From a virus, in IMG/VR virus record IMGVR_UViG_3300027859_000006, positions 1 through 64,000 of that record: DNA of 64,000 bases; one strand, given 5' to 3'. Every line of letters begins with the position of its first letter. The first letter of the stretch is position 1. Below the pieces are notes generated by a model. It saw only the letters and a program-made list of their open reading frames with translations, did no database searches and was not told the DNA's origin. Positions 50,254-59,244 of this stretch are shown in pieces. The position numbers were made by a program, and so were the translations under genes.

Positions 50254-50744
50254 TAACTACTCCCTAACTTGCTAATTAGCTTGTCATACGAAGACTCTTC
50301 AATAACATAGTTGTTATACTGATTATTAGTCTGGTTCTTAATTTGAACTTCTTCTTTCTTACGCTCAAGTTCTAGAAGCTCTTTCTTAACCTTAGCCTCG
50401 AATTCAAGCTCTTTCATCTTCATAGCGTGCTGTGCTTGCAGCAGGTCTAGAATATCTTTACTAGAGCCCATGTCGGTATCGTCCATTTCTTCTAGTTTCT
50501 TAGCAATAAGTTCATCCATGACTCTAGCCATCTTAAAGCGATTTCGGAATCCTGCTTCGTGATAAATTCTATCTACATATTCCTTGATCTCACGCTTATT
50601 TAATTCTGATTGTAAGTCCGCTACTGGAAGCCCTAGCTCTAGACTAGTCTTCTCTATATCGCCACCAGACATTATATATGCCTCGGCTACTTTTAACCCT
50701 TCCGGACTTAACTTTTCTGGGTCTATTAATTCTGTACTGCTCAT
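50253..50744 (-). CDS. terS: Terminase small subunit
   Basis: LSPEGLKVAEAY, GFRNRF, KKLEEM, GSSKDI; directly upstream of terL. Confidence 0.85.
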   Translation of the reverse strand: MSSTELIDPEKLSPEGLKVAEAYIMSGGDIEKTSLELGLPVADLQSELNKREIKEYVDRIYHEAGFRNRFKMARVMDELIAKKLEEMDDTDMGSSKDILDLLQAQHAMKMKELEFEAKVKKELLELERKKEEVQIKNQTNNQYNNYVIEESSYDKLISKLGSS

Positions 50745-50745
50745 G

Positions 50746-52728
50746 TTAATTTAATCCTATAAATGAAAAGGAGAAACCTGGAATAGTAATACTATTTTCT
50801 AGTCCTCCGCTACCGTTAAAGGAGAAGTACGTATAGTCGTACTCTATACCTATAAGGGTGTCTGTAATTTTTACTAAATAAAAGGTACAACGTATAGTAT
50901 ACCAGGTATTCCAATAGGGGTCTCCACTAGGAAGCTCCTCTTTGTCAAATCTATATGTCTCAGAAGTGGAGTAGAAAGGTACTCTAGAAGAGAATGATGA
51001 AAATCCTATAATGCCTTTGTCTTGTGCATATAACTCTTCCCATGACTGTTGATCGCTAGAGTAATCCCATTCCACGGGGGTAACTGAGTAACCCCAGCAG
51101 TCGGAGCTCCTAACCCCTTGGTTATCAAGTATTATTGTTAGGTCTGTCAATATACCTGTACCAGTAACAATACCTTCCCCTTGAGAATTAGTCTCATGAG
51201 ACGGTATATTGAACGTATAAACAGGAGTAGTATGATCTGTGCTTTTGCCCATATACCTCATACGAGTCCTTCCACGACCCGCGTTAAACCAAGTGTTACC
51301 GCCTCGTTTAATTATCCCCTTAGTCATTTCAATGTCCCATCCAGATCCGCCAGATCCGCCAAGAATTTGTACAGCATCACTAGGGTTCTGGCCGGAATAC
51401 ACCCCCAAGGGGTCTATCAGGCCGACTATTGGTATTATAGGATCGGATAGATTCATACTGTTAACATACGAACCGTCGTTCACAATACCTGCATAGGCTA
51501 GGAACATACCTGAGAAATCTGCCCCATCTACTGTGAAGTTATCAGGGTCTAATAGTATTCCAGATGCTCCGGTTTTAGCGGTTTCATAGTTTAAGTCTCT
51601 ACCACTACTAACTACATTGAACTCGTATATCTCAACAGAGTTTATATCTTGAGGTGTCCTAATGTACGTGTCTCCTGAGGTGTAGTAAGCCCCTTCCGAA
51701 CCGTAAGCGAAAGATCCGAGAGTATATTCAGCCTGAGCCAAGTTCTCGTTACTAAAATTGATTTTTCTACTTATTACAGGCGCTCCACCTTTTCGGTTGC
51801 CCAGCTTATCTACAGTAACTACCATAGTTAGACGAGTAGAGCTAGGGGTATAAGATACCAAATTTCCTGTAGTGCCGTCTAATGCGTCTGAGAATTTAAA
51901 TAGCCTATTTACAAGCTCGTCAGTGTGCTCTGTTATTCTAATATATTTTAGGCATTTAATATAGTCAAACATACTATGCATGTAAGTATCATCTCCGTAG
52001 TCTACATTAATACCTACCCAATCCTGAAACCAGTCTGTCGCAGTCTTGCCTGACTCCACGGCGGGCGGAGCCGCCGGGACTACGTTAGGATTACATATAT
52101 GAAGTATCTCATCTCCGGCCCGGTTTACACCAAGAAAGAAGTCGCACGGAGCCTCTGGCTCGGGTCTAGGGGGTGGAGGTGAAAGTAGGGACGCAGATAC
52201 TGTGTTTGAGAAAGGCCCGTAAACTACGTCGCTGCCTGTGCCCTTCACCATGCGGACTTTAAAACTACCCCCTTCCTCATGTATATAACTACTACCCGTG
52301 CCAGTAAATACCGTAGTACCGTTCCTTACGACTTCTACCCTTTCCCCAATATCTGTGTTAGGGTTCCAATCTAGTAATACTCCGTCATACCTACTAGTAG
52401 CGGTCAGTACCCTAGTTTCAGGCTTCACGTGAAATATAATGTTTATGGTGTTACTAGGATATAAATTATCTGTTCTTAGCTGAGCTTTTGTAGCATTAGC
52501 TGGTGGTATTACCTTTAATGAATTGGAACTAGTAGAGGTATTAGCCGACTGCCAGTTTCCACCTACTAGCCAATATAAATGGTACATCCCTGGACTACTA
52601 GGCTCAGTCCATTGCAAGTTAGCATATTTATAAATAGGACTAGTAGAGTTTGATAAGTTTGTTACTTTTTTAGCAGGGTTGTCCGCCACAAAGTAGACGG
52701 ATACCGTTCCAGTTGTATATGTAGCCAT
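50746..52728 (-). CDS. Receptor-binding protein (pb5/Oad position) with N-terminal FN3-like extension
   Basis: Position upstream of terS; FFLG...EILHI ... DTYMHS recalls the pb5 N-terminus, but follows a Pro-rich linker. Confidence 0.65.
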   Translation of the reverse strand: MATYTTGTVSVYFVADNPAKKVTNLSNSTSPIYKYANLQWTEPSSPGMYHLYWLVGGNWQSANTSTSSNSLKVIPPANATKAQLRTDNLYPSNTINIIFHVKPETRVLTATSRYDGVLLDWNPNTDIGERVEVVRNGTTVFTGTGSSYIHEEGGSFKVRMVKGTGSDVVYGPFSNTVSASLLSPPPPRPEPEAPCDFFLGVNRAGDEILHICNPNVVPAAPPAVESGKTATDWFQDWVGINVDYGDDTYMHSMFDYIKCLKYIRITEHTDELVNRLFKFSDALDGTTGNLVSYTPSSTRLTMVVTVDKLGNRKGGAPVISRKINFSNENLAQAEYTLGSFAYGSEGAYYTSGDTYIRTPQDINSVEIYEFNVVSSGRDLNYETAKTGASGILLDPDNFTVDGADFSGMFLAYAGIVNDGSYVNSMNLSDPIIPIVGLIDPLGVYSGQNPSDAVQILGGSGGSGWDIEMTKGIIKRGGNTWFNAGRGRTRMRYMGKSTDHTTPVYTFNIPSHETNSQGEGIVTGTGILTDLTIILDNQGVRSSDCWGYSVTPVEWDYSSDQQSWEELYAQDKGIIGFSSFSSRVPFYSTSETYRFDKEELPSGDPYWNTWYTIRCTFYLVKITDTLIGIEYDYTYFSFNGSGGLENSITIPGFSFSFIGLN

Positions 52729-53063
52729 TATAGTGGTTCCGTACCAGGGCCCCCAGGAGGAGTTCCGGCCTCTTCGTTGATTTCCATCTCAAAGTAATAT
52801 TTATAGGTATTTTGATTAGTTACATTAGAATCTGTATAGATTATGTCACGTTGGATAAAAAACCCCTCGCCCCCGTCCGTTGGTAAGCTGTAATTTCCAG
52901 AAACTTTAGAGAAAGACCCATTGTTAGTAGACCTCATTACGTATCCGTATCCATCTTCTTTAAGTTGTATCCCAGACCCGCCAGAATTCACTCTAACATT
53001 TATAGATACTTCTACTGTAGCCCCTACTATTTCTGCGTTTATTGTACTGTTGTTAGTTGCCAT
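52728..53063 (-). CDS. Small FN3-like virion protein
   Basis: GYVMRS...YTDSNV...YKY FN3-like pattern; RBS AGGAGG; TAATG coupling to the RBP gene. Confidence 0.6.
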   Translation of the reverse strand: MATNNSTINAEIVGATVEVSINVRVNSGGSGIQLKEDGYGYVMRSTNNGSFSKVSGNYSLPTDGGEGFFIQRDIIYTDSNVTNQNTYKYYFEMEINEEAGTPPGGPGTEPL

Positions 53064-53084
53064 GGTTTCCTCCTAATATTTAGT

Positions 53085-53113
53085 ATTATACGGTAAGCTA
53101 TGCAAATTTTCAA
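53085..53113 (-). promoter_or_regulatory. Late promoter for the RBP-terminase unit
   Basis: TTGAAA-17-TATAAT on the minus strand. Confidence 0.75.
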
Positions 53114-53214
53114 TTGTATTATTTTTACCCACGGTCTAGTAATGCAATTTGCCCAGTGTTACACGTACGGGTATGGCCTGTACCAAGCCATTGAAGACGT
53201 GTCTGGAAACCGCC

Positions 53215-53329
53215 CTGTATAGTGTTTTGAGTAATATGCTAATTTTCTAAGTGTTACACGCGTCTAGTAGAATCAGCGCTGTATAGTGTTTCTATCAATA
53301 TGCTAATTTTCTAAGTGTTACACACGTCT
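53215..53329 (+). repeat. Two 51-bp direct repeats (period 64 bp) at the late/pre-early junction
   Basis: CTGTATAGTGTTT-N5-AATATGCTAATTTTCTAAGTGTTACACRCGTCT at 53215-53265 and 53279-53329; partial copy near 53140-53165. Confidence 0.9.
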
Positions 53330-53385
53330 GGGGGCGACCCCGTATCTAAATGAGAATAAGTCTCATTACCGCCCCCTATGGGTAT

Positions 53386-53413
53386 GGGATCACATACCTT
53401 AGCATGTGATCCC
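53386..53413 (-). terminator. Inverted repeat ending the leftward pre-early operon
   Basis: GGGATCACAT-N8-ATGTGATCCC just past the A2 stop; lacks a clear U-tract. Confidence 0.5.
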
Positions 53414-53420
53414 GATCCAA

Positions 53421-53804
53421 TTACTCGGTGTCGTCATCCGATCCGCTTTCTAGATCATCGATGATCGCCGCTTGTTGCTCAACAAATGCCGCTAGCGCTT
53501 CAAGTTCTCCCTTGTTCGCCTTTTCCAAGCTGTCAACCGTTAGACCTGTTGTTTCAGCGATTTGCTTAACAACTTCGATTTTACGCGTTGCGCTTGGGTT
53601 GCCCACCTTTGCCTTAGCTTCTGGCGAGATGTATTCGCCCATGCTAACCAACTTCTGACGCGCGCTGTGTTCTGTTACGTCAGAGTCGTATGCAAGCGCT
53701 TTAAACGCTGCCGGTTCAAGCGCCTTGCCACCATTAGCTTTGATAGCTGCCGCGTATGCTGTGCTTAACTTCGCTGTGTTTTCTTCTGTCCAAACTTTAG
53801 CCAT
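53421..53804 (-). CDS. A2: A2-like pre-early DNA-binding / second-step transfer protein
   Basis: WTEENTAKLSTAY, SARQKLVS, KVGNPSATRK, SLEKAN..ELEALA match T5 A2 as recalled. Confidence 0.8.
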   Translation of the reverse strand: MAKVWTEENTAKLSTAYAAAIKANGGKALEPAAFKALAYDSDVTEHSARQKLVSMGEYISPEAKAKVGNPSATRKIEVVKQIAETTGLTVDSLEKANKGELEALAAFVEQQAAIIDDLESGSDDDTE

Positions 53805-53899
53805 GATTTGATCTCCTTAGATCGTAAATTAAATGTTGGTTTGTGTTTGCGGTCGTATTTTGCCCCGACCGCTTGAGCATTAAAACAAATTAAGAACGG

Positions 53900-55561
53900 T
53901 TATGCAACAACTTTTTGCGGGTTCAAGGTGATTAATTGTACCTGTCCGTTGCTGTATTCCATCATGTGACCGTGATCCCACGATGACGCGCCCCCACGGT
54001 TATAGCCTTGATTTAGTCGAGCGGTAACGCCTGTAGTAAACACTGAGCCTATTATGCATGGGCTGTGGGTGTGTCCTGTTATTAGGTTTAAATTCCAGTC
54101 TTTGAACTGATTTGGGTTTCCTGCGCTCCCGTTTGCGCCCTTGTGCCCATGCTGCGAATAATCGAATTTAAGCGGCTTAAAAGGCTTATCCATTCGACCA
54201 AAATGCACATTATTGGGTAACTCTGGCAATGTGGTTAGATCGGCATTTTCTAAGGCGATCTGTAACGCGTTTTTCTCATGTTCACCTTGGTCTAAGGTAT
54301 CGCACACTAACCAATTTAACAGATAGTATAATTTGCTGTTATGGCTGTCCTGCTTGGGATTAACGCTACTATCATCCAGCCAATTGTCGAGCGCTGAGTT
54401 GTGATTGCTCTCGGTGATCGATACGGTATCAACTATGGTAGATAATTCGGTTAACTGTACGATTACCTGTTTAAGGTCGTTCTCAACGCTTTCATGTCGA
54501 TTTGCGTACAAGTGCTTCCCACTGTTACGGTTATGGTGAGACCTTGTGCTAAAGTGTAAAATATCGTCAACTGCGATCACACTTGGTTTAACTTTGTCAA
54601 GAAAGTCCATTGTCTTTTGCCAATATGCATGATCGTAAACTTCACAATGTAGATCACCAAGTTTTCCGGCTTCTGGTAATTTACCGTAATAATATTCGAG
54701 TTCAGGTAACACCACATTCAATGATCCGTCATCGCCTTGAAAAACGTTGGTAACGTTATAACCACCGTCACACTTGTAAACGATCATGGCTGCCTGTTTA
54801 TGGTCTTTTTCCGCTTCTGCTCCTGCGCGACTTCTGGTGTAGTTGTACGCTGTGCAGCTACCAGTAGTGACAGCCTTTGTAATTGATTGATCGTTAAGTC
54901 GTGGTAGCGTTTTGTACTGCTGCTTGGGGCTTGCTACTACCGTGATTAGTTCACCACTATTCAGCTTGGCCGCTGCATTAATAGGCAATTTGTTAGTTGG
55001 TAAAACTGCTGCGGTGCTAGCGATCAAACAGGCGTTTTTCTCGAATAGCCAACAATCGTCAAGCTGTAAAAACGGCGTGACCTTAGGGTTAAATACTTCG
55101 GCTTCGGTCTCTACCGCTGGACTAAAGGCGTTTTTGTTATAGTAAACGGGCATTACCATTAAACGCGCATCTAGTAGGCTTGCTCTCATATCATCGATCA
55201 TAGCAAGAAGTTGATCCTCAAAGCCTGTGGTAATAGTGTTATTTTGTGCGCTTGTAATTACGAAAACATCACCGTCTAGAACTGGCAATAAATCGCGCTG
55301 TGATTGAGTGTAACCAACTTGTGTATCTGCCGCTGGTTTAGTCGCTGCACTTGGCTTTTTCGCTTTCTCAGCCTCTCTCAGGCTCTTTAGATGCTCAACA
55401 ACTAGCGGCATTAAAATAGCTGCATCGCCTTTAAGATCAAGGTTATGGATCGCATCCTCAACAACTTCCAAGCGTGAATCACGTTTACGCTTACCTAAAA
55501 GGTTATTTTCCTCGCACTCTGCGCAAAGTAGATCAAAGTTTTTATCGTTTAAATGTTTCAT
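53900..55561 (-). CDS. A1: A1 pre-early nuclease (host DNA degradation / second-step transfer)
   Basis: VITSAQNNT, TTGSCT, GDLHC, SNHN, HGH, GHTHSP, GYNRGGASSW; metallophosphoesterase fold; 553 aa. Confidence 0.9.
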   Translation of the reverse strand: MKHLNDKNFDLLCAECEENNLLGKRKRDSRLEVVEDAIHNLDLKGDAAILMPLVVEHLKSLREAEKAKKPSAATKPAADTQVGYTQSQRDLLPVLDGDVFVITSAQNNTITTGFEDQLLAMIDDMRASLLDARLMVMPVYYNKNAFSPAVETEAEVFNPKVTPFLQLDDCWLFEKNACLIASTAAVLPTNKLPINAAAKLNSGELITVVASPKQQYKTLPRLNDQSITKAVTTGSCTAYNYTRSRAGAEAEKDHKQAAMIVYKCDGGYNVTNVFQGDDGSLNVVLPELEYYYGKLPEAGKLGDLHCEVYDHAYWQKTMDFLDKVKPSVIAVDDILHFSTRSHHNRNSGKHLYANRHESVENDLKQVIVQLTELSTIVDTVSITESNHNSALDNWLDDSSVNPKQDSHNSKLYYLLNWLVCDTLDQGEHEKNALQIALENADLTTLPELPNNVHFGRMDKPFKPLKFDYSQHGHKGANGSAGNPNQFKDWNLNLITGHTHSPCIIGSVFTTGVTARLNQGYNRGGASSWDHGHMMEYSNGQVQLITLNPQKVVA

Positions 55562-55626
55562 AAATAACGGTTTCCCTATTAAGGTTTTTTAAGGATCTAT
55601 GAAGATCCCGTTACGAGTTGATCAAA

Positions 55627-56142
55627 TTAATGACCGTGAAAAGGAACGTGAATTGCTTTCATGTTCAGGCGCTGTGCCATTTGGCAGTTTGCTAGATTAT
55701 CATCGACCAAAAATGATCGCGACAATTCAGCCGATGAAAATGCGCGTGTTAGGTGGTACTCTTTTAATTCAAAATCTCGTCTACGATCATTTTCGCCCTC
55801 TCTGGAAAAGATTGCGGTCGGTTTGATCCCGTTTTTACGCAACCACTTTTCAGAGTTCTTGCACATAACGCGAGCGGTACAAACAAAAAATGGTCTACCT
55901 GCATCAGTTAGGAACTGCGGCACTTCTGCCAGTGGCATGATCTGATCTTTAGCAATATTTGCAGCCGTTGAAAGTTTACGATACATTTCAAGGTTAAGCG
56001 ATCCGTCAGGGTGTATCGCTTGGCGGTGTGTAGCATCGATCACTACACCATCAAGATCAAAAATAGGTATAATGCTCTGATCCAATAGGATCGCATCAGT
56101 CATTTGAAGCGCTGCCGCTCTTGTATTTTGAATTGTTAACAT
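55627..56142 (-). CDS. HAD-family phosphatase (Dmp-like / PNK phosphatase-like)
   Basis: FDLDG motif I, CTAR motif II, K, VDD motif IV; pre-early location. Confidence 0.8.
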   Translation of the reverse strand: MLTIQNTRAAALQMTDAILLDQSIIPIFDLDGVVIDATHRQAIHPDGSLNLEMYRKLSTAANIAKDQIMPLAEVPQFLTDAGRPFFVCTARVMCKNSEKWLRKNGIKPTAIFSREGENDRRRDFELKEYHLTRAFSSAELSRSFLVDDNLANCQMAQRLNMKAIHVPFHGH

Positions 56143-56216
56143 CTGGTTAACTCCCGTTTAAGGTATATAAAAATATACGGTTTTTGTTGGGGCTGCTTGC
56201 CTCTCAACTGTTACCC

Positions 56217-56244
56217 ATTATATAGACCAACAAACTTTTGTCTA
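56217..56244 (-). promoter_or_regulatory. Leftward pre-early promoter
   Basis: TAGACA-16-TATAAT on the minus strand, upstream of HAD-A1-A2. Confidence 0.7.
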
Positions 56245-56299
56245 TATTAGTTTTTATACGTATGTATGAAATTATATACTTTTCATTTGCTCTGTTCTG

Positions 56300-57035
56300 T
56301 GCTACCCTACCAGCAAATGCAAATGAGAACTATTCTCATCTGACCGGCTCCGCCAGGTCGGAACGACCAAACGCAAATGAGAATGATTCGCATTCAACCG
56401 CGCCGATTTTGGGTCGCTTTCCCAGCTATGACTTATTATTGCATTTACGTGTAGCATTGTCTAGAACTAATTTATTATAAGAATGAATTTATTTAGGCGA
56501 TTTTGTTATATAGTGAATTGTGGCATTCTAGCAATTACTATGCCAACTCAAAAACCGTGCCAAAGTCGCAAATCGCGTATAAGCGGTCTAAATGGCTCTG
56601 TATTGAGAGCTGGATGCAAGCCAAGCAAGTGCATTGCTATACCGTAGAAGTCTTCTCATATTGCCATTGTGTAAGTTGTTGATTTTAAAGGGAAAAATAA
56701 TGCTTGACAAGCCGATGGCACGATTTTTTCTATTGCAAACGACGTGCCAACTTTTATTGGTCAATTTCACTACTTTTTAGTCAATTTCGCTTATGGCACG
56801 GACTTTGCTAGGTAAATACGAATGCAAATGATAATGATTCGCATTTGACCGCGCCGAAAAATGGCATGGAAGTTGCTAGGGAAGTTATCAACAGGTACGT
56901 GTGAGTAAGTGAAGTTATGCACAATACTGTATAAATGTACAAGCGCTCAGCGGACGCTGGTGGACTTATCCACAGAAAATTGTGGATAAATATACCTGTA
57001 TAGATATACAGTAGTTTTAAGTTGTGGGTAACTCA
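56300..57035. promoter_or_regulatory. Cluster of host-factor binding sites (Fur, sigma-54, IHF, DnaA, LexA)
   Basis: Fur-like 56322-40, 56376-94, 56827-45; sigma-54 TGGCAY-N5-TTGCW 56530-45(-), 56734-49(-), 56794-809(+), 56862-77(+); IHF 56672-84(-); DnaA 56966-74 and 56981-89 plus 3 one-mismatch boxes; LexA 56996-57011. Confidence 0.75.
56375..56410 (+). repeat. 36-bp exact direct repeat (second copy 60121-60156)
   Basis: AAATGAGAATGATTCGCATTCAACCGCGCCGATTTT in both places; variants at 56826-56860 and 53348-53376. Confidence 0.9.
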
Positions 57036-57190
57036 AACGTACCATTTAAAGCTCCTGTAAGCCATTCTGACGGGTTTTTATGTGAGAGTAATACTAGGGC
57101 TTAGGTGGGATAGAATACCTAGTGAGTCCAGGCGAAGCCTGGTTATAAAAAACGGGTTTTCTAGAGCGAAAAGTTATTATAAAAAGGTAC

Positions 57191-57219
57191 TTTACAATTT
57201 TAGCCACCGCTACTATAAT
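57191..57219 (+). promoter_or_regulatory. Rightward pre-early promoter
   Basis: TTTACA-17-TATAAT. Confidence 0.8.
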
Positions 57220-57271
57220 GTATTTAAAGGTTGAGGCAATAAGGCAGCAACCAAAAACGGGGTATAAAAAT

Positions 57272-57637
57272 ATGAAATATTTCAATTTTGATGTTAATGC
57301 ATCTATTTCTGTAAAAGTTGAACTAATTCAACTAGTATCTAACTCTGAACTAGTTGCTCTACGCTTTTCACGTACCGAAGAAATTTTTGGTATTAAAGAA
57401 CTTGTAAGTGTAAAGCATGTTGCAGTGAGCAATGAAGAGGTGTACAGTACTAAGCTAGAATCCCTAGCTATTAAGGCATTTGGTACTAATAGTAAAATAT
57501 ACGCTACATTTTTAGTTGCAGGTAAAAACGAAAATGCTAACGAGCACTACTATAAACTTATGGAAATTCAAGAACTCCTACACGCATTAAAAACCAGACC
57601 TAATTTAAGACTTCGTAATATGGAAGTTACAAAATAA
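57272..57637 (+). CDS. Pre-early hypothetical protein
   Basis: Start moved to ATG 57272, after the promoter and RBS GGGGT. Confidence 0.7.
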   Translation: MKYFNFDVNASISVKVELIQLVSNSELVALRFSRTEEIFGIKELVSVKHVAVSNEEVYSTKLESLAIKAFGTNSKIYATFLVAGKNENANEHYYKLMEIQELLHALKTRPNLRLRNMEVTK

Positions 57638-57826
57638 TATAAAAAAAAAGGTCTTGACTTTCTAGTTAAGACCTGCGCCGCGCGCCGTAGGCGCCAAAAT
57701 TATGACACATGCAAGCTACGTGCCACTACGCAAGATTACGTGTGTGGTCTGACCAGTGAAAAAGTTGTTGCGGTCTTAGCTGGTAGCTGTATAATGATTA
57801 CATCAACTAGAGACAGGGAGACAGGG

Positions 57827-57967
57827 ATGAATGCATCTCATGTTATAGGCTTGCTATTTTTAGGCCTAGCCATTGCTACACTTTTTTCTAGAGAGCCACT
57901 AGCGGCTATACCAGTGGCTACTATAGGTGTGTTGCTAATGTTTGGCAACACTGAGAAACCAGTTTAA
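57827..57967 (+). CDS. Small two-TM membrane protein (46 aa)
   Basis: RBS GGGAG, TATAAT at 57790-95, hydrophobic sequence. Confidence 0.6.
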   Translation: MNASHVIGLLFLGLAIATLFSREPLAAIPVATIGVLLMFGNTEKPV

Positions 57968-57991
57968 CCCCGTAGGCGATAACCGCCATTT

Positions 57992-58021
57992 TGCCCCGTC
58001 TATCTGGGCGGGGCATTTTTT
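57992..58021 (+). terminator. Rho-independent terminator
   Basis: TGCCCCGTCT-ATCT-GGGCGGGGCA-TTTTTT. Confidence 0.75.
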
Positions 58022-58033
58022 AAGGGTAGTATA

Positions 58034-58225
58034 ATGGATAAAAAATTCGGCTGGTGTGGTGCTGGCTTAATGGTAATTTTTAGCTTTACCTTGTTGCCGA
58101 TTTTCGGTATACTAGGTCTGACGTTGCTTACAGTGCAAGCGGTTAGCACTAAGCAACATAACTTGACAGCTCTAAACACATTTAGTATACTAGGGCTGAT
58201 TTTAAACTCTACGGGAGTAATTTAA
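58034..58225 (+). CDS. Small membrane protein
   Basis: RBS AAGGGT; strongly hydrophobic 63 aa. Confidence 0.65.
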   Translation: MDKKFGWCGAGLMVIFSFTLLPIFGILGLTLLTVQAVSTKQHNLTALNTFSILGLILNSTGVI

Positions 58226-58226
58226 T

Positions 58227-58625
58227 ATGTTTAAGCAATTCGCAGCAACACGTATTCTAGCTACAGCTATCGCTTCGGTTTTGGATTCTGGAAAGGATCT
58301 AAGTTGTGAAAATGTTGTTTCAGCTATGATGATCGAGGCAAGCAAAAACGAAATCCCTTACGCGGATTTAAAAACCTTTTGTGTTGACACGATTGTAGTG
58401 GCAACGAATACACCTACTACTCCAATCGTTGCAAACCTAGAGGAAATTGCACAAGCGGATGATCCTCTGATGCATTTAGCCAGTCGTATATTGAGCGATG
58501 AAAACATGGGAGCGCTACAGAAAAACCTAGAGGCTGAGCCTGATGAAGATGAGGAAGAAGGTTCACTACTTGATGTGATTCGTAGCTTGCGTGGCAATGT
58601 GCGCACGGAAAAGGATGTAAACTAG
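58227..58625 (+). CDS. Acidic pre-early hypothetical protein
   Basis: RBS GGGAG, operon context. Confidence 0.7.
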   Translation: MFKQFAATRILATAIASVLDSGKDLSCENVVSAMMIEASKNEIPYADLKTFCVDTIVVATNTPTTPIVANLEEIAQADDPLMHLASRILSDENMGALQKNLEAEPDEDEEEGSLLDVIRSLRGNVRTEKDVN

Positions 58626-58636
58626 TAGAGGCAGCT

Positions 58637-58885
58637 ATGGCGAACACTGGCATTGAAAAGGGGTGTTCGCCTACACCCCTGAGAACAGTAAGCACAATTC
58701 GCAGAGAGATTCAAGCCCTAGAGCAAGAATATCTCAATTTACCTAGTATAATGGTAGCTAGTATAGTAGGGTACGATTATATAGATCGTATTAATGCGAA
58801 AAAATCAACTATTAATTTTCTCACTACCAGAATAAGACGCCGCAAGTTTTACAACTGGCTGAGAAAGAAAACAGGGTGCAAATGA
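58637..58885 (+). CDS. Hypothetical protein
   Basis: RBS GAGG. Confidence 0.6.
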   Translation: MANTGIEKGCSPTPLRTVSTIRREIQALEQEYLNLPSIMVASIVGYDYIDRINAKKSTINFLTTRIRRRKFYNWLRKKTGCK

Positions 58886-59142
58886 TGAAACTAGAAGACA
58901 AACTAGAAGTGGTTAAAAAGTTAACTGACCTATTTAAACGTAACTACGGTACACAACAAAGTGTGGAGATACTCCAAGCGTTATTCGATGCAGAGGGTAG
59001 TGCGGAGGAGGATTTCGCGGTTGATGAACTACAACCCATTTTAGGGCTACACTTGAGCTATGTTTCTGAAAGCGATGAGACAGAGCAGAGCGACATTGAT
59101 ACTACCAGTTTATTATGTGAACTTTTTGCATACTGCACTTAG
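58876..59142 (+). CDS. Acidic hypothetical protein
   Basis: Overlaps the previous stop; start GTG 58876 or ATG 58882/58885. Confidence 0.6.
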   Translation: MQMMKLEDKLEVVKKLTDLFKRNYGTQQSVEILQALFDAEGSAEEDFAVDELQPILGLHLSYVSESDETEQSDIDTTSLLCELFAYCT

Positions 59143-59244
59143 TAAAATTAATTTCAAAAAAGCGCTTGCTTTTTTGTGTGCCCGTTGTATACTATAAACA
59201 AGTCGAGGCAATACCGCCAAGACACTAATAACGGGGTAAAAAAT

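Noticed and set aside
25866-51496. Numerous plus-strand ORFs inside the late structural genes
   Set aside because: Antisense shadows of long minus-strand genes, with no RBS or recognisable motifs
52728-52790. Possible -1 frameshift fusing the 111-aa ORF to the RBP
   Set aside because: The -1 frame is open for about 20 codons but has no canonical slippery heptamer; the TAATG overlap explains it as translational coupling
53215-53329. Direct repeats as a mini CRISPR array
   Set aside because: Only two full 51-bp copies with a 13-bp gap; no spacer-sized unique sequences and no cas genes
56238-56770. ORFs 56238-56480 and 56588-56770
   Set aside because: No RBS; translations such as ANANENYSH/ANENDSH merely reflect the repeated Fur-like DNA motifs
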